Shown piece after piece: positions 1 to 8,582 of a stretch of 64,000 nt of DNA. The translations under genes and the position numbers were made by a program. The DNA is from an uncultured delta proteobacterium (lineage in GTDB: Bacteria; Desulfobacterota; RBG-13-43-22), in assembly GCA_963843145.1 (NCBI GenBank), contig CAWJJC010000003.1, forward strand, positions 32,001-96,000. Reading direction: 5' to 3'. Position 1 is the stretch's first letter. Every line of letters starts with the position of its first letter. The notes beneath the pieces are model-generated. The model made no database searches. It was not told the origin of the DNA and saw only the letters and a list, made by a program, of their open reading frames with translations.

Positions 1-2
1 TG

Positions 3-2750
3 ACCATTTCGGCTTATGGAAAGATCAAGAAGATCTCCTGGCCCGGAGCGTTTCAATCCCAGGGATTTGCCGGAGATACTGTTTTTACCGATGATAACGC
101 CCAAGGGTATATTTTAGATAGCACCGGGACCCATCGGACGACCTATGATTTGGCCACTGGAAAGACTTTAATCGCCTTTGGCTATGATCAGGACAACAAA
201 CTGATTTCCATCACCGACCGGTTCAGTAATCAAACGGTCATTCAAAGGGATGGAAGCGGAGTTCCTCTTTCCATCACCTCGCCGGACGGGCAGGTTACCC
301 GATTAACGGTGGATGGGAGGAATCATCTCACGGCTGTTGCCTATCCGGACAATGCGGTCTACACCTTCGCGTATACTCCCGAAGGATTGCTGACCGAGAA
401 AGTGGATTCCCGGGGTAATCGCTACGGACATGGATACGATGCCTCCGGCCTGATCACCCAGGTTTTTGACCCGGAAGGAGGGAATTGGAGCTTTTCCCGA
501 ACGATGGATAACGCCGGTACCGTTTCCATTGCCATCCAAACCGCCGAAGGAAACGCCGCCACCTATGAGGATCGGACCGACTTTGGCGGCAATTATACCT
601 CGCAGAAAACGGATCCCTCGGGCTCGGTTTCCTCCTTTTTCCGTTCATACGACGGTCTCAGCGAAACGGAACAATCCTCCTGCGGCCTGGGCCTAACGAT
701 GAAATACGACATTGATTCGATCTTTCGCTACCGCTACCTTAAAGAATTTAGCCAACGCTCACCGGCAGGGCTCACGCGGGTCGCGACGGATGCGAAAACC
801 TATGAGGATACCAATAGAGATACCCTTCCGGATCGCATCACGAAAACACTGAGCCTGAATGGAAAAACCTGGATCTCAACCCATAATACCCTCTCCGGTA
901 CCTTGACTTCCACTTCTCCGCTGGGGCGGACCGCCACTCGGACCTATAACCCGGCGAATCTCCTGACCCAGAACATCTCGGTAGCCGGACTCCTTCCCCT
1001 GAGCTATGCGTACGATGAGCGGGGGAGAATAACCGGCAGCACGTGGGGGAGCAGGACCTCGACGATTGCCTATGATGAGCAAGGGAATATCGAGAGTCTG
1101 GTAACCCCGGATCAAAAGACCTATCATTTTATCTACGACCCCGTGGGCCGGCCTCAGGCCCAGGTCTTTCCCGATAACACCCTCCTCCTTTACCACTATG
1201 ATCTAAACGGTAATCTGGACCTCTTAACCAATCCCAATAACTTGGGCTACGGCTTCGATTACACCAAGGTCAATCTGCGAAAAAGCATGTCCCTGCCCGT
1301 TTCGGGAAGCTATCTATATAGCTATGACAAAGATCGGAACCTGAAGTCCATTGTCTTCCCTTCAAATAAAGAAATCACCAATACTTACACTTCAGGTCGG
1401 TTATCCAAGGTGACCACCCCGGAAGGGGAGATAACCTATAGTTACCTCTGCGGTCCCTTGCTTGCCGCGGCGGAAAAGGGTCCGGAAAAGATCGACTATG
1501 GCTACGATGGGTCCTTGCTGAAAACCGATAGCCGTACCGGCCTGCTTAACCAGACCATCTCCTATACCTATGACAACGACTTTCGGTTGGTTTCGATGAC
1601 TTATGGGGGGGCCTCACAGGCCTTGACCTATGACCTCGACGGATTGTTGACGGGAGCCGGCACTTTTGCCATCACCCGGAATGCCCAGAACGGGCTACCG
1701 GTGGAGATTTCGGACGGCGTTTTTAGTGCCGCCCGAACCTTCAACGGATACGGGGAGTTGGAAGGGATCACCTATAGCTTGGGCGGCGTTAACCCCTACA
1801 GGTACAGCCTGACCCGTGACATTGCCGGCAGGGTCACGAACAAGGTTGAGGTCTTCGGAAGCGAGAGCCGCAGCTTTGGCTATACCTACGATAGCAACGG
1901 GCGTCTGGTTGAGGTCAGGGAAAACGGTAATGTCGTCGAGGCTTATACCTATGACGCCAATGGCAACCGGCTTTCGGAGACGAACCAGTATCGGGGGATT
2001 AATCAACGGGCTTATTCTCATTCCCTTGAAGATCATCTGGTTTCGGCCGGAAACGACACCTATCACTTTGATGCCGATGGGTTCTTGACCGGGAGGACAA
2101 CCGCTCAGGGTGCATTGGCCACCGTCTACTCCTCGCGGGGCGAACTGCTGTCAGCCTCCCTGCCGGACACCACGGCCATCACTTACGACCATGACCCGTT
2201 GGGAAGAAGGATCGCCAAAAAGGTGAATGGGACGGTAGTAGAGAAATATCTCTGGAAGGATACGACTACCCTCCTGGCGGTTCACGATGGGAACGACAAC
2301 CTGGTTACGCGGTTTAATTACGGGGATAATCGCCTGCCGGTTTCCATGACCCAAAATGGATCCACTTATTATCTCTTGGTCGACCAGATAGGCTCCCTTC
2401 GGGCGGTGACCGATCCTTCCGGAAATATTATCAAACGGGTCGATTACGATACCTTCGGGAACATAATCGTTGACACCAATACCGCCCTTTCGGTACCCTT
2501 CGGCTTTGCCGGAGGTTTGCACGAAAGGGCTACCGGCTTAGTCCGCTTCGGCGCCCGTGACTACGACCCCGCCATCGGCCGCTGGACCGCCAAGGACCCC
2601 ATCGATTTCGCCGGTGGAGATGCGAATTTGTATGGGTATGTGATGAATGACCCGGTGAATTGGGTGGATTCGGAGGGGCGGGCTGACGGAATGTACCAGA
2701 ATTCGCCCTACGTAATTCCTTATGCACATCACTGTTTCATTACGCTTTAA
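3..2750 (+). CDS. YD-repeat/Rhs protein, probably a bacterial teneurin-like toxin carrier; 5'-truncated by the window edge
   Basis: The frame is open from base 3, upstream of the TTG at 150. It has many YD repeats (YxYDxxGR/NL) and the Rhs core end PFGFAGGLHERATGLVRFGARDYDPAIGRWTAKDP...NLYGYVMNDPVNWVDSEG. Confidence 0.9.
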   Translation, partial: TISAYGKIKKISWPGAFQSQGFAGDTVFTDDNAQGYILDSTGTHRTTYDLATGKTLIAFGYDQDNKLISITDRFSNQTVIQRDGSGVPLSITSPDGQVTRLTVDGRNHLTAVAYPDNAVYTFAYTPEGLLTEKVDSRGNRYGHGYDASGLITQVFDPEGGNWSFSRTMDNAGTVSIAIQTAEGNAATYEDRTDFGGNYTSQKTDPSGSVSSFFRSYDGLSETEQSSCGLGLTMKYDIDSIFRYRYLKEFSQRSPAGLTRVATDAKTYEDTNRDTLPDRITKTLSLNGKTWISTHNTLSGTLTSTSPLGRTATRTYNPANLLTQNISVAGLLPLSYAYDERGRITGSTWGSRTSTIAYDEQGNIESLVTPDQKTYHFIYDPVGRPQAQVFPDNTLLLYHYDLNGNLDLLTNPNNLGYGFDYTKVNLRKSMSLPVSGSYLYSYDKDRNLKSIVFPSNKEITNTYTSGRLSKVTTPEGEITYSYLCGPLLAAAEKGPEKIDYGYDGSLLKTDSRTGLLNQTISYTYDNDFRLVSMTYGGASQALTYDLDGLLTGAGTFAITRNAQNGLPVEISDGVFSAARTFNGYGELEGITYSLGGVNPYRYSLTRDIAGRVTNKVEVFGSESRSFGYTYDSNGRLVEVRENGNVVEAYTYDANGNRLSETNQYRGINQRAYSHSLEDHLVSAGNDTYHFDADGFLTGRTTAQGALATVYSSRGELLSASLPDTTAITYDHDPLGRRIAKKVNGTVVEKYLWKDTTTLLAVHDGNDNLVTRFNYGDNRLPVSMTQNGSTYYLLVDQIGSLRAVTDPSGNIIKRVDYDTFGNIIVDTNTALSVPFGFAGGLHERATGLVRFGARDYDPAIGRWTAKDPIDFAGGDANLYGYVMNDPVNWVDSEGRADGMYQNSPYVIPYAHHCFITL

Positions 2751-3042
2751 CGGAGACAAAAAGGACACATTAAGCTTTGATCCATCTGGGGTCCATTCGG
2801 ACACCAGCTCCAGATTGGTGGCCGAGGAAATGCCAAGCTTACCAGGGCAATCAAAATGAGATTGCGTTAGGAGGGAGATGAAAAAATGCACAGGAGACCA
2901 ATACAACTTTACAGGTTTCAACTGCTGTCACTGCGCAGAGCAAGCAATGAAAGGTTGTGGCATTACAATACCGGTCAATAATTGGCCAAATTGGCCGGTC
3001 AATCCTGGGCCACAACCTGGTGAAGCGGGGTACAGGCCATAG
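2727..3042 (+). pseudogene. Disrupted C-terminal toxin domain of the Rhs protein, putative permuted papain-like (His...NC) fold
   Basis: After HHCFI the coding sense continues in other frames (RFNGDKKDTLSFDPSGVH ... DCVRREMKKCTGDQYNFTGFNCCHCAEQAMKGCG...GYRP, TAG at 3040-3042). Joining them needs at least one frameshift plus either an in-frame TGA at 2857 or two more frameshifts. Confidence 0.55.
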
Positions 3043-3073
3043 TTGGACTAAGAGTCAATGAGGAAAGTCTTAT

Positions 3074-3452
3074 ATGGTAAGAGCTTGGGTTTTAGGAATC
3101 GTAATCCTCATTGTTTCAAACGGGGTTTGGCTGCTTGCTCTACAGTCTGCTGTTTTCATCCGTAGTATTAGTAATCTTGATGCAGATCTCTCCTTTTATC
3201 GCGGCTTTCATTTCGGCGAACATTGCGCCACGCAAGAAGATCTACTTGGCATTATCCTTAGCAATGCCAGGGCTTTTTTGATATTATAATGAATTTCATA
3301 TGCGAAATATTTGGCAAAGGTGTGGACTTACCAGGTTTCGAGGTGGGCTAGTTCTTTTCACAATTACATTGATATATAGTGCTGTCCTCTGCATATTGGG
3401 CGGTGCTGCGGGTTATTTTATCAGCAGAAATGAAGGAGGGAAAGTGGGATAG
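3074..3452 (+). pseudogene. Frameshifted small multi-TM protein, putative Rhs immunity protein
   Basis: RBS gagga precedes the ATG at 3074. Hydrophobic segments continue across frames (MVRAWVLGIVILIVSNGVWLLAL / SVVLVILMQISPFIAAFISANIAPRKKIYLALSLAMP / NFICEIFGKGVDLPG / GLVLFTITLIYSAVLCILGGAAGYFISRNEGGKVG*). The region is AT-rich and lies directly after the toxin tip. Confidence 0.55.
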
Positions 3453-3695
3453 ATGTTATTGAAGGTTAACATTCGGAAATGGGTTCTCTACAATTTGTAA
3501 CAGTTTAATCCCTACTTTACCCGGCACTCATTGAGACTTCAGCTTGAGTTATTATACAAGGCGGCCTGAGCAGAGCCGTATCGGCGGTGAGGAGCGTTTG
3601 GAGGAATTCCCTGGAGGGACGCCCTGTCTTCTGGCGGTTTGGACCAAACTGGGAAGAATGCTGTGGGTTTTTGATCCGCTATCCGCGAGTACATT

Positions 3696-4714
3696 GTGCC
3701 AGGTCTTGACATTTGACAAAGGAAGGGGACGATGAAAGTAAAATGGGAAGGCCGATTAGAATAGAATATCCTGGGGCGCTGTATCATATAACCAGCCGGG
3801 GGAATGAGCGGAAGGATATTTTCCAGGATGGGGCCGATCGGGAGAAGTTTCTCGAAATCGTGGCGGATTACCACGATCGGTTTGGTATCTTAGTCCATGC
3901 CTATGTGTTGATGGACAATCATTACCATCTGGTGCTGGAGACCCCTCAGGGGAATCTGGTTAAGATTATGCACGGGATCAATGGCGCCTACACGAGTTGG
4001 TATAATCGGAAATATAATCGGGTCGGTCACCTCTTCCAGGGGAGGTATCGGGCAATCTTGGTCGATAAGGATTCTTACCTGGTCGAATTAAGCCGGTATG
4101 TTCATTTGAATCCCGTCAGGGCTGGGATGAGCAAGCGCCCGGAGCGGTATGCCTGGAGCAGTTTCCCCGGGTACGTCTGGAAAGAAAAGGTGGTTGCTTG
4201 GGTGGAATACGCCTGGGTCCTTTCCCAATTTGGAACCCGCCAAGATCGCAGTCGAAAGAAATACCGGGAATATGTGCACCAAGGGATAGTAAAGGAGGGA
4301 AACTCGATATCTAAGGAATTGGTCGGACAGGCCATCCTGGGCCAAGAGAAATTCATAGAGGAGATTAAGGGCCTAATTCAGGGAAAGGTGCTGGACCGAG
4401 AAATTACCGAACGGAAACGGCTGAAGCAATATCCTTCGCCCGAGGACATTCTGACGGCGGTGGCCGCGGTTATGGAAACGCAGGAAAAAGCCATTACGCG
4501 GCGAGGGTCCCGGCAGCCTTTAGCCAGGAAGATGGCGATCTATTTGATGAAGCGTTATTCGGGGTTAAGCAACCAGGAGGTTGGTGAGGTGTTTGGGGGA
4601 TTGCATTACAGCGCCGTTAGTCAGGCCTCCATCCGATTTGGAAAAATAGTTGAAGGGGACAGACAGTTGAAAAATCAACTTGAAACTGTTATGTCAAAAG
4701 TCAAGACCTGACAC
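3696..4714. mobile_element. RAYT cassette delimited by 23-bp imperfect inverted repeats
   Basis: Left arm gtgccaggtcttgacatttgaca (3696-3718) and right arm tgtcaaaagtcaagacctgacac (4692-4714) are 21/23 complementary. The right arm overlaps the stop codon. Confidence 0.7.
3743..4711 (+). CDS. REP-associated tyrosine transposase (RAYT, Y1 HUH) with C-terminal DnaA-C-like HTH
   Basis: Motifs YHITSRGNER, HAYVLMDNHYHLV (HUH), HLFQGRY, YVHLNPVRAG and WSS. The C-terminus ARKMAIYLMKRYSGLSNQEVGEVFGGLHYSAVS is HTH-like. The ATG at 3743 (MGRPIRIEYPGA) fits the family N-terminus better than the TTG at 3713. Confidence 0.9.
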   Translation: MGRPIRIEYPGALYHITSRGNERKDIFQDGADREKFLEIVADYHDRFGILVHAYVLMDNHYHLVLETPQGNLVKIMHGINGAYTSWYNRKYNRVGHLFQGRYRAILVDKDSYLVELSRYVHLNPVRAGMSKRPERYAWSSFPGYVWKEKVVAWVEYAWVLSQFGTRQDRSRKKYREYVHQGIVKEGNSISKELVGQAILGQEKFIEEIKGLIQGKVLDREITERKRLKQYPSPEDILTAVAAVMETQEKAITRRGSRQPLARKMAIYLMKRYSGLSNQEVGEVFGGLHYSAVSQASIRFGKIVEGDRQLKNQLETVMSKVKT

Positions 4715-4786
4715 CAAGAGGGGGGTTGACAGGTTCAAGGGGATGATTATTTTTTTATTAAAAATTAGGCAAAGGAGGGATCGACC

Positions 4787-5245
4787 ATGACGATTTGGCG
4801 CTGGGGTGCACCGGTTGTGAACCGGGGAAATTTCCCCGAAGTGAACCGACTGCAGCAAGAGATGGATCGTCTTTGGAATGTGGTATCGGGGGCCGGGACG
4901 GGGCTCGAAGCCTCTCGGGTCTTTCCACCGATCAATATTTCGGAGGACGAAAATCAGGTGGTGGTGCAGGCCGAACTTCCCGGGATTTCCGGGGAGCAAA
5001 TAGAATTGTCGCTGACCGGAGACCAATTGATCCTGCGGGGGGAACGCCGGACCACTCAATCGGGGGAAAAAATTAATTATCATCGCAAGGAACGGGAAGA
5101 GGGCGTATTTAGGCGCATCATCAACCTGCCGTCCCGGGTGGATTCCCAAAAGGTGGAAGCCCTTTCCAAAAACGGTATTTTAACTATTAAAATCGCCAAG
5201 GCTGAAGAGGTGAAACCTCGCCAGGTTTCCATCCAGACGGCCTAA
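4787..5245 (+). CDS. Hsp20/alpha-crystallin small heat shock protein
   Basis: FPPINISEDE...AELPG...LILRGER...ERxxGxFxRxIxLP...ALSKNGILTIKIAK; RBS aaggagg. Confidence 0.93.
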   Translation: MTIWRWGAPVVNRGNFPEVNRLQQEMDRLWNVVSGAGTGLEASRVFPPINISEDENQVVVQAELPGISGEQIELSLTGDQLILRGERRTTQSGEKINYHRKEREEGVFRRIINLPSRVDSQKVEALSKNGILTIKIAKAEEVKPRQVSIQTA

Positions 5246-5269
5246 GGAAAGAAGGGGGGGGCATTCACC

Positions 5270-5674
5270 ATGAGCGAAAAAGAGATTCAGTTTAGAGGCA
5301 AACAGGAAGTCCAAGGTTCGGGCGAGCCGACCAAAACCGGGATCACTTTCGTGCCGGCCGTGGATATTTACGAGACCGAGGAGGCCCTGACCCTGGAAGC
5401 CGATATGCCCGGGGTCAGCCCGGAGGGCATACGGATTGATTTGAAGGACGATCAACTGACTGTCAGCGGGGAGGTTCTTGAATCGAAAGGAAACCAGGAA
5501 AGGGTTTTGCTGAAGGAATATGAAACCGGAAATTATTTTCGGCAGTTTGCCCTGGGGGAAGTGATCGATCAGTCCAAGATCACGGCCCAACTGAAAAACG
5601 GGGTTTTAACGCTGGTGTTGCCCAAAGTGGAGAAGGCGAAACCCCGGCGGATTGAAATCAAAGTAGAACAATAA
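5270..5674 (+). CDS. Hsp20/alpha-crystallin small heat shock protein
   Basis: PAVDIYET...ADMPGV...YFRQFALG...AQLKNGVLTLVLPK; in tandem with the previous Hsp20. Confidence 0.93.
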   Translation: MSEKEIQFRGKQEVQGSGEPTKTGITFVPAVDIYETEEALTLEADMPGVSPEGIRIDLKDDQLTVSGEVLESKGNQERVLLKEYETGNYFRQFALGEVIDQSKITAQLKNGVLTLVLPKVEKAKPRRIEIKVEQ

Positions 5675-5690
5675 ACGATACCCACAAAGG

Positions 5691-5924
5691 TTATTGCTTG
5701 GGCGCGGGCCTGGTTGCCGGGGATGAGGGTGCCGGGCCCGTGGCTTTTTTGGGGGCCTGACTTCTCAGGTATTGTCGTACCTTTTTGTCGGCTTCAATGA
5801 CTTCCTCCAGTTCCGGTCCGGAGATCATGTAAGAATAGCCCTTTTTGGCATCATGGGAAAGCCGAATCTGAAGACTGGTGGCCGCCAGCAGGAAAAGCAA
5901 ACATAGGCCGAGGATTTTCTTCAT
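5691..5924 (-). CDS. Small exported hypothetical protein
   Basis: The ATG at 5924 is preceded by gaagga and starts a signal-peptide-like MKKILGLCLLFLLAATS. Confidence 0.55.
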   Translation of the reverse strand: MKKILGLCLLFLLAATSLQIRLSHDAKKGYSYMISGPELEEVIEADKKVRQYLRSQAPKKATGPAPSSPATRPAPKQ

Positions 5925-6024
5925 AGGAGGTCCTTCACGGTGCGGCATAGCCGCAACCAAAGACAAAAGACGATCTCTCGCAGAGCGCGCAGAGATCGCA
6001 GAGAAATGACATTTTTTTTGTTCA

Positions 6025-7101
6025 TCATATCTGGGCGCTGAAGCGTTTCCGGGCCAGATGACAGACCTCGTTCAATAAGTGTAATAAATCGGCGGCCGTT
6101 TCTTCATCCAACGTCCCCAGCCCGCAGGCTGGGGTCAACAGGGCCTGAGAGTGCAGTCGGTTCGAATCGATCCCCTGGCGGATCAAGGAATCAAAATACC
6201 CCTGCAGTCGCTCCAGTAACCCTTCCGCAGTCTCCCGGCCGGTATAATCGTTGGTGGGGACGATTCCCCAGGCGATGGCCCGGTCCTGTTCCAGGAAAGC
6301 TCGGATATCCCGGGGGTAGAGCAGAAAGGCCTCCCCGAAGGCAAAGGCATCCAGGTTGATCAAATCGAGATCCAGGGAAAGCAGCAGAGACCAATCCGTA
6401 TTGCCGCAACAGTGGAGCCCGATCAGGGCGTTGCTTTTTTCTCGGATCAACCGAATGGTTTCCCCCAGGATATCCAAAACCTCCGAGCGGGACAAAGGGG
6501 TAAAGGCCGACCCATAGCCGGAGAGGGACGGCTCGTCGATAAACAGCAAGGCCTTTTTCCCCAGGGCCGCTATCTGTTCAATTTGACTCAGACCCTGGCA
6601 GGCCAAACCCTTGATTACCGCATCCAGCAGTTCGGGATCGTGGATCAGAAAGCGGTCGCGCTCATCCTTCAGGCTCAAGCCCAGAGTGACCGGTCCGACA
6701 ATCTGCCCCTTGAGGTAAGGAGCGGAGGCCTTCCGGGTCTGAATTTCGTGGAGCAGAGTAAAAAAGCCCGAGGCGAAATCGGGCCGTAAAGCAAAAAAAT
6801 CCAAGTTCCCGGACATGAATTTTTCATAAAAATCCAGCAGCGTCTGGGACCGGTTGCAGGAGGGATCAATCCGCACCGTTCGATTCTCAAGGTCCGGCTG
6901 CAGGCAAGGCAGGGGAGGGCTGAATTGAATCAGCATTTCCTCCCGGGGGCTGACCCGGACCATTTGGGGCCAGAAAGGGATCAGAAAGTCCAGGTCCAGA
7001 ATCACCTGGCAGGCCCGCTGAGGGGAAAGGAAGGGGACGCTCCCGATCCCGGCCCCGGAAAAAGAAGGCAGACCTCTCCAGTTCAGGGAGGAGGCGCTCA
7101 T
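6025..7101 (-). CDS. Core (single-barrel, MetE C-terminal-like) methionine synthase, MesB-like
   Basis: 358 aa with PFWPQ, KGQIVGPVTLG, FIDEP, Zn-ligand motifs GLHCCG and TPACGLG, and AWGIVPT. It overlaps the efp stop. Confidence 0.75.
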   Translation of the reverse strand: MSASSLNWRGLPSFSGAGIGSVPFLSPQRACQVILDLDFLIPFWPQMVRVSPREEMLIQFSPPLPCLQPDLENRTVRIDPSCNRSQTLLDFYEKFMSGNLDFFALRPDFASGFFTLLHEIQTRKASAPYLKGQIVGPVTLGLSLKDERDRFLIHDPELLDAVIKGLACQGLSQIEQIAALGKKALLFIDEPSLSGYGSAFTPLSRSEVLDILGETIRLIREKSNALIGLHCCGNTDWSLLLSLDLDLINLDAFAFGEAFLLYPRDIRAFLEQDRAIAWGIVPTNDYTGRETAEGLLERLQGYFDSLIRQGIDSNRLHSQALLTPACGLGTLDEETAADLLHLLNEVCHLARKRFSAQI

Positions 7102-7658
7102 TTGGCCCGTTCGATGTAGGCCCCGGTTCGGGTATCGATCCGCAATTTGTCCCCTTCCGCGATAAACAGCGGGACCTGGATCACGAACCCGGTTTCCAGG
7201 GTGGCCGGTTTGTTCCCCCCGCTGGCCGTGTCGCCCTTGAAACCGGGATCGGTAGCGGTCACCGTCAGTTCCACAAAGGTCGGCAATTCCAGACCGATGG
7301 GTTCCTGGCGGTAATTCAGGATTTTGAGGTTAATGTTTTCCTGAAGGAACTGGGCCTGTTCGCCCACTTGTTCCGCGGTCAGTTCCACCTGATCATAGCT
7401 CACGTTATCCATAAAAACGAATTTGTCCCCTTCTCGGTAGAGGAACTGCATGTCTTTTTCCTCCAGGTCGGGGCGGTCCACTTTTTCGCCGGATCGAAAG
7501 GTCTGGTCGGTCACTCGCCCATTGAGCAAATTTTTTAACTTGGTCCGGATGAAGGCCCCGCCTTTCCCCGGTTTGACATGCTGGAAATCAACGATCAAAT
7601 AGGGCTTGTTCTCTATTTCGATTCGCAACCCTTTGCGAAAGTCGGCAGTGGAATACAT
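7098..7658 (-). CDS. efp: Elongation factor P
   Basis: FQHVKPGKGGAF, TDPGFKGDTASGGNKPATLETG, VPLFI. Confidence 0.98.
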   Translation of the reverse strand: MYSTADFRKGLRIEIENKPYLIVDFQHVKPGKGGAFIRTKLKNLLNGRVTDQTFRSGEKVDRPDLEEKDMQFLYREGDKFVFMDNVSYDQVELTAEQVGEQAQFLQENINLKILNYRQEPIGLELPTFVELTVTATDPGFKGDTASGGNKPATLETGFVIQVPLFIAEGDKLRIDTRTGAYIERAK

Positions 7659-7759
7659 AGGTTTAAAATAATCCTCCTTAATTCAAAGTTGATGTGTTTG
7701 CAAAAAGTCCGTCAGAGCGTGTTTGTCATTTCAGAAACCGGAAGGTGAAAGAGAACCCT

Positions 7760-8266
7760 CTACTGGCCGGCCTTCTGCAATTGTTCCAGCCATTTTTTAA
7801 GGGTGGGCACCACCAGAGAATCCGAAGCACTGGTACTCTTTTCCTCTCTGGGGACTTCCTGTCCCCGGCCGATATCCTCCGGAAAATTGTCCACTACTCC
7901 GGCCAGGAGAACGGCCCACTCGGAAAAAGATTCCTGCCCTTGAACCCTCAAGGATTCCCCCAATTCTTTCAGAACTCCGGATAGCGGTTTGAATCCCGAG
8001 GCAAATGTTTTTATTTCTGCCAGGGCCCCGGCCGTTTCCCCGAGATCCAATTGGCATAAAGCCCGAAGTAGTCGAATTTCGTTCTGATTGGGAAAAAAAT
8101 CAAGACCTATCCGGCAGATTTCCACCGCCTGCCGGGTTTGACCCTGGCTGCGAAACAAACGGATCATGGCCGTCAATAGGGGGATCGAGGGATCAATTTT
8201 AACGGCGAACTCTTCAGTGCCTTGTTCGTTTTTACCGGCGATGATCAGTTGCGGGGGATTTGGCAT
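7760..8266 (-). CDS. Hypothetical protein with TPR-like helices
   Basis: GQTRQAVEICRIGLDFFPNQNEIRLLRALCQLDLG is TPR-like; co-oriented in the operon. The start is uncertain. Confidence 0.6.
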   Translation of the reverse strand: MPNPPQLIIAGKNEQGTEEFAVKIDPSIPLLTAMIRLFRSQGQTRQAVEICRIGLDFFPNQNEIRLLRALCQLDLGETAGALAEIKTFASGFKPLSGVLKELGESLRVQGQESFSEWAVLLAGVVDNFPEDIGRGQEVPREEKSTSASDSLVVPTLKKWLEQLQKAGQ

Positions 8267-8582
8267 GCGCTGGGGCCTCCTTTTTATTTTCGTCGTCTAT
8301 AAAAAATATAATTTCATTCGGTCTGACCAATCCAAATTCCTTTCGGGCCACTTCTTCCAAATAGAGGGGGTCCTGTTTTAACCGGGTGATTTCCCGATAG
8401 AGAGTTTCATTTTTTTTGTTTAATTCCTGGTTATCCCTAATTAAACTCTCACGTTTTTCGGCCAGTTGATGGATTTGCCGCATGCCCTCGTAGCCATGTA
8501 CGGTGAGGAAGAAAAAACCGGAGACCAAGACCAGCAGCATCAGCCAAAAGACCCAGCGAGAAGGCAACCTAAGAGGGGACAT
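8232..8582 (-). CDS. ftsB: Septum formation initiator FtsB/DivIC family
   Basis: N-terminal TM segment, coiled coil, and LEEVARKEFGLVRPNE motif. Confidence 0.85.
   Translation of the reverse strand: MSPLRLPSRWVFWLMLLVLVSGFFFLTVHGYEGMRQIHQLAEKRESLIRDNQELNKKNETLYREITRLKQDPLYLEEVARKEFGLVRPNEIIFFIDDENKKEAPAHAKSPATDHRR

Noticed and set aside
2857-2859. In-frame TGA in the Rhs toxin tip as a second selenocysteine
   Set aside because: The region has several indels, no clear SECIS-like hairpin follows, and there is no evidence that the position is a conserved Cys.
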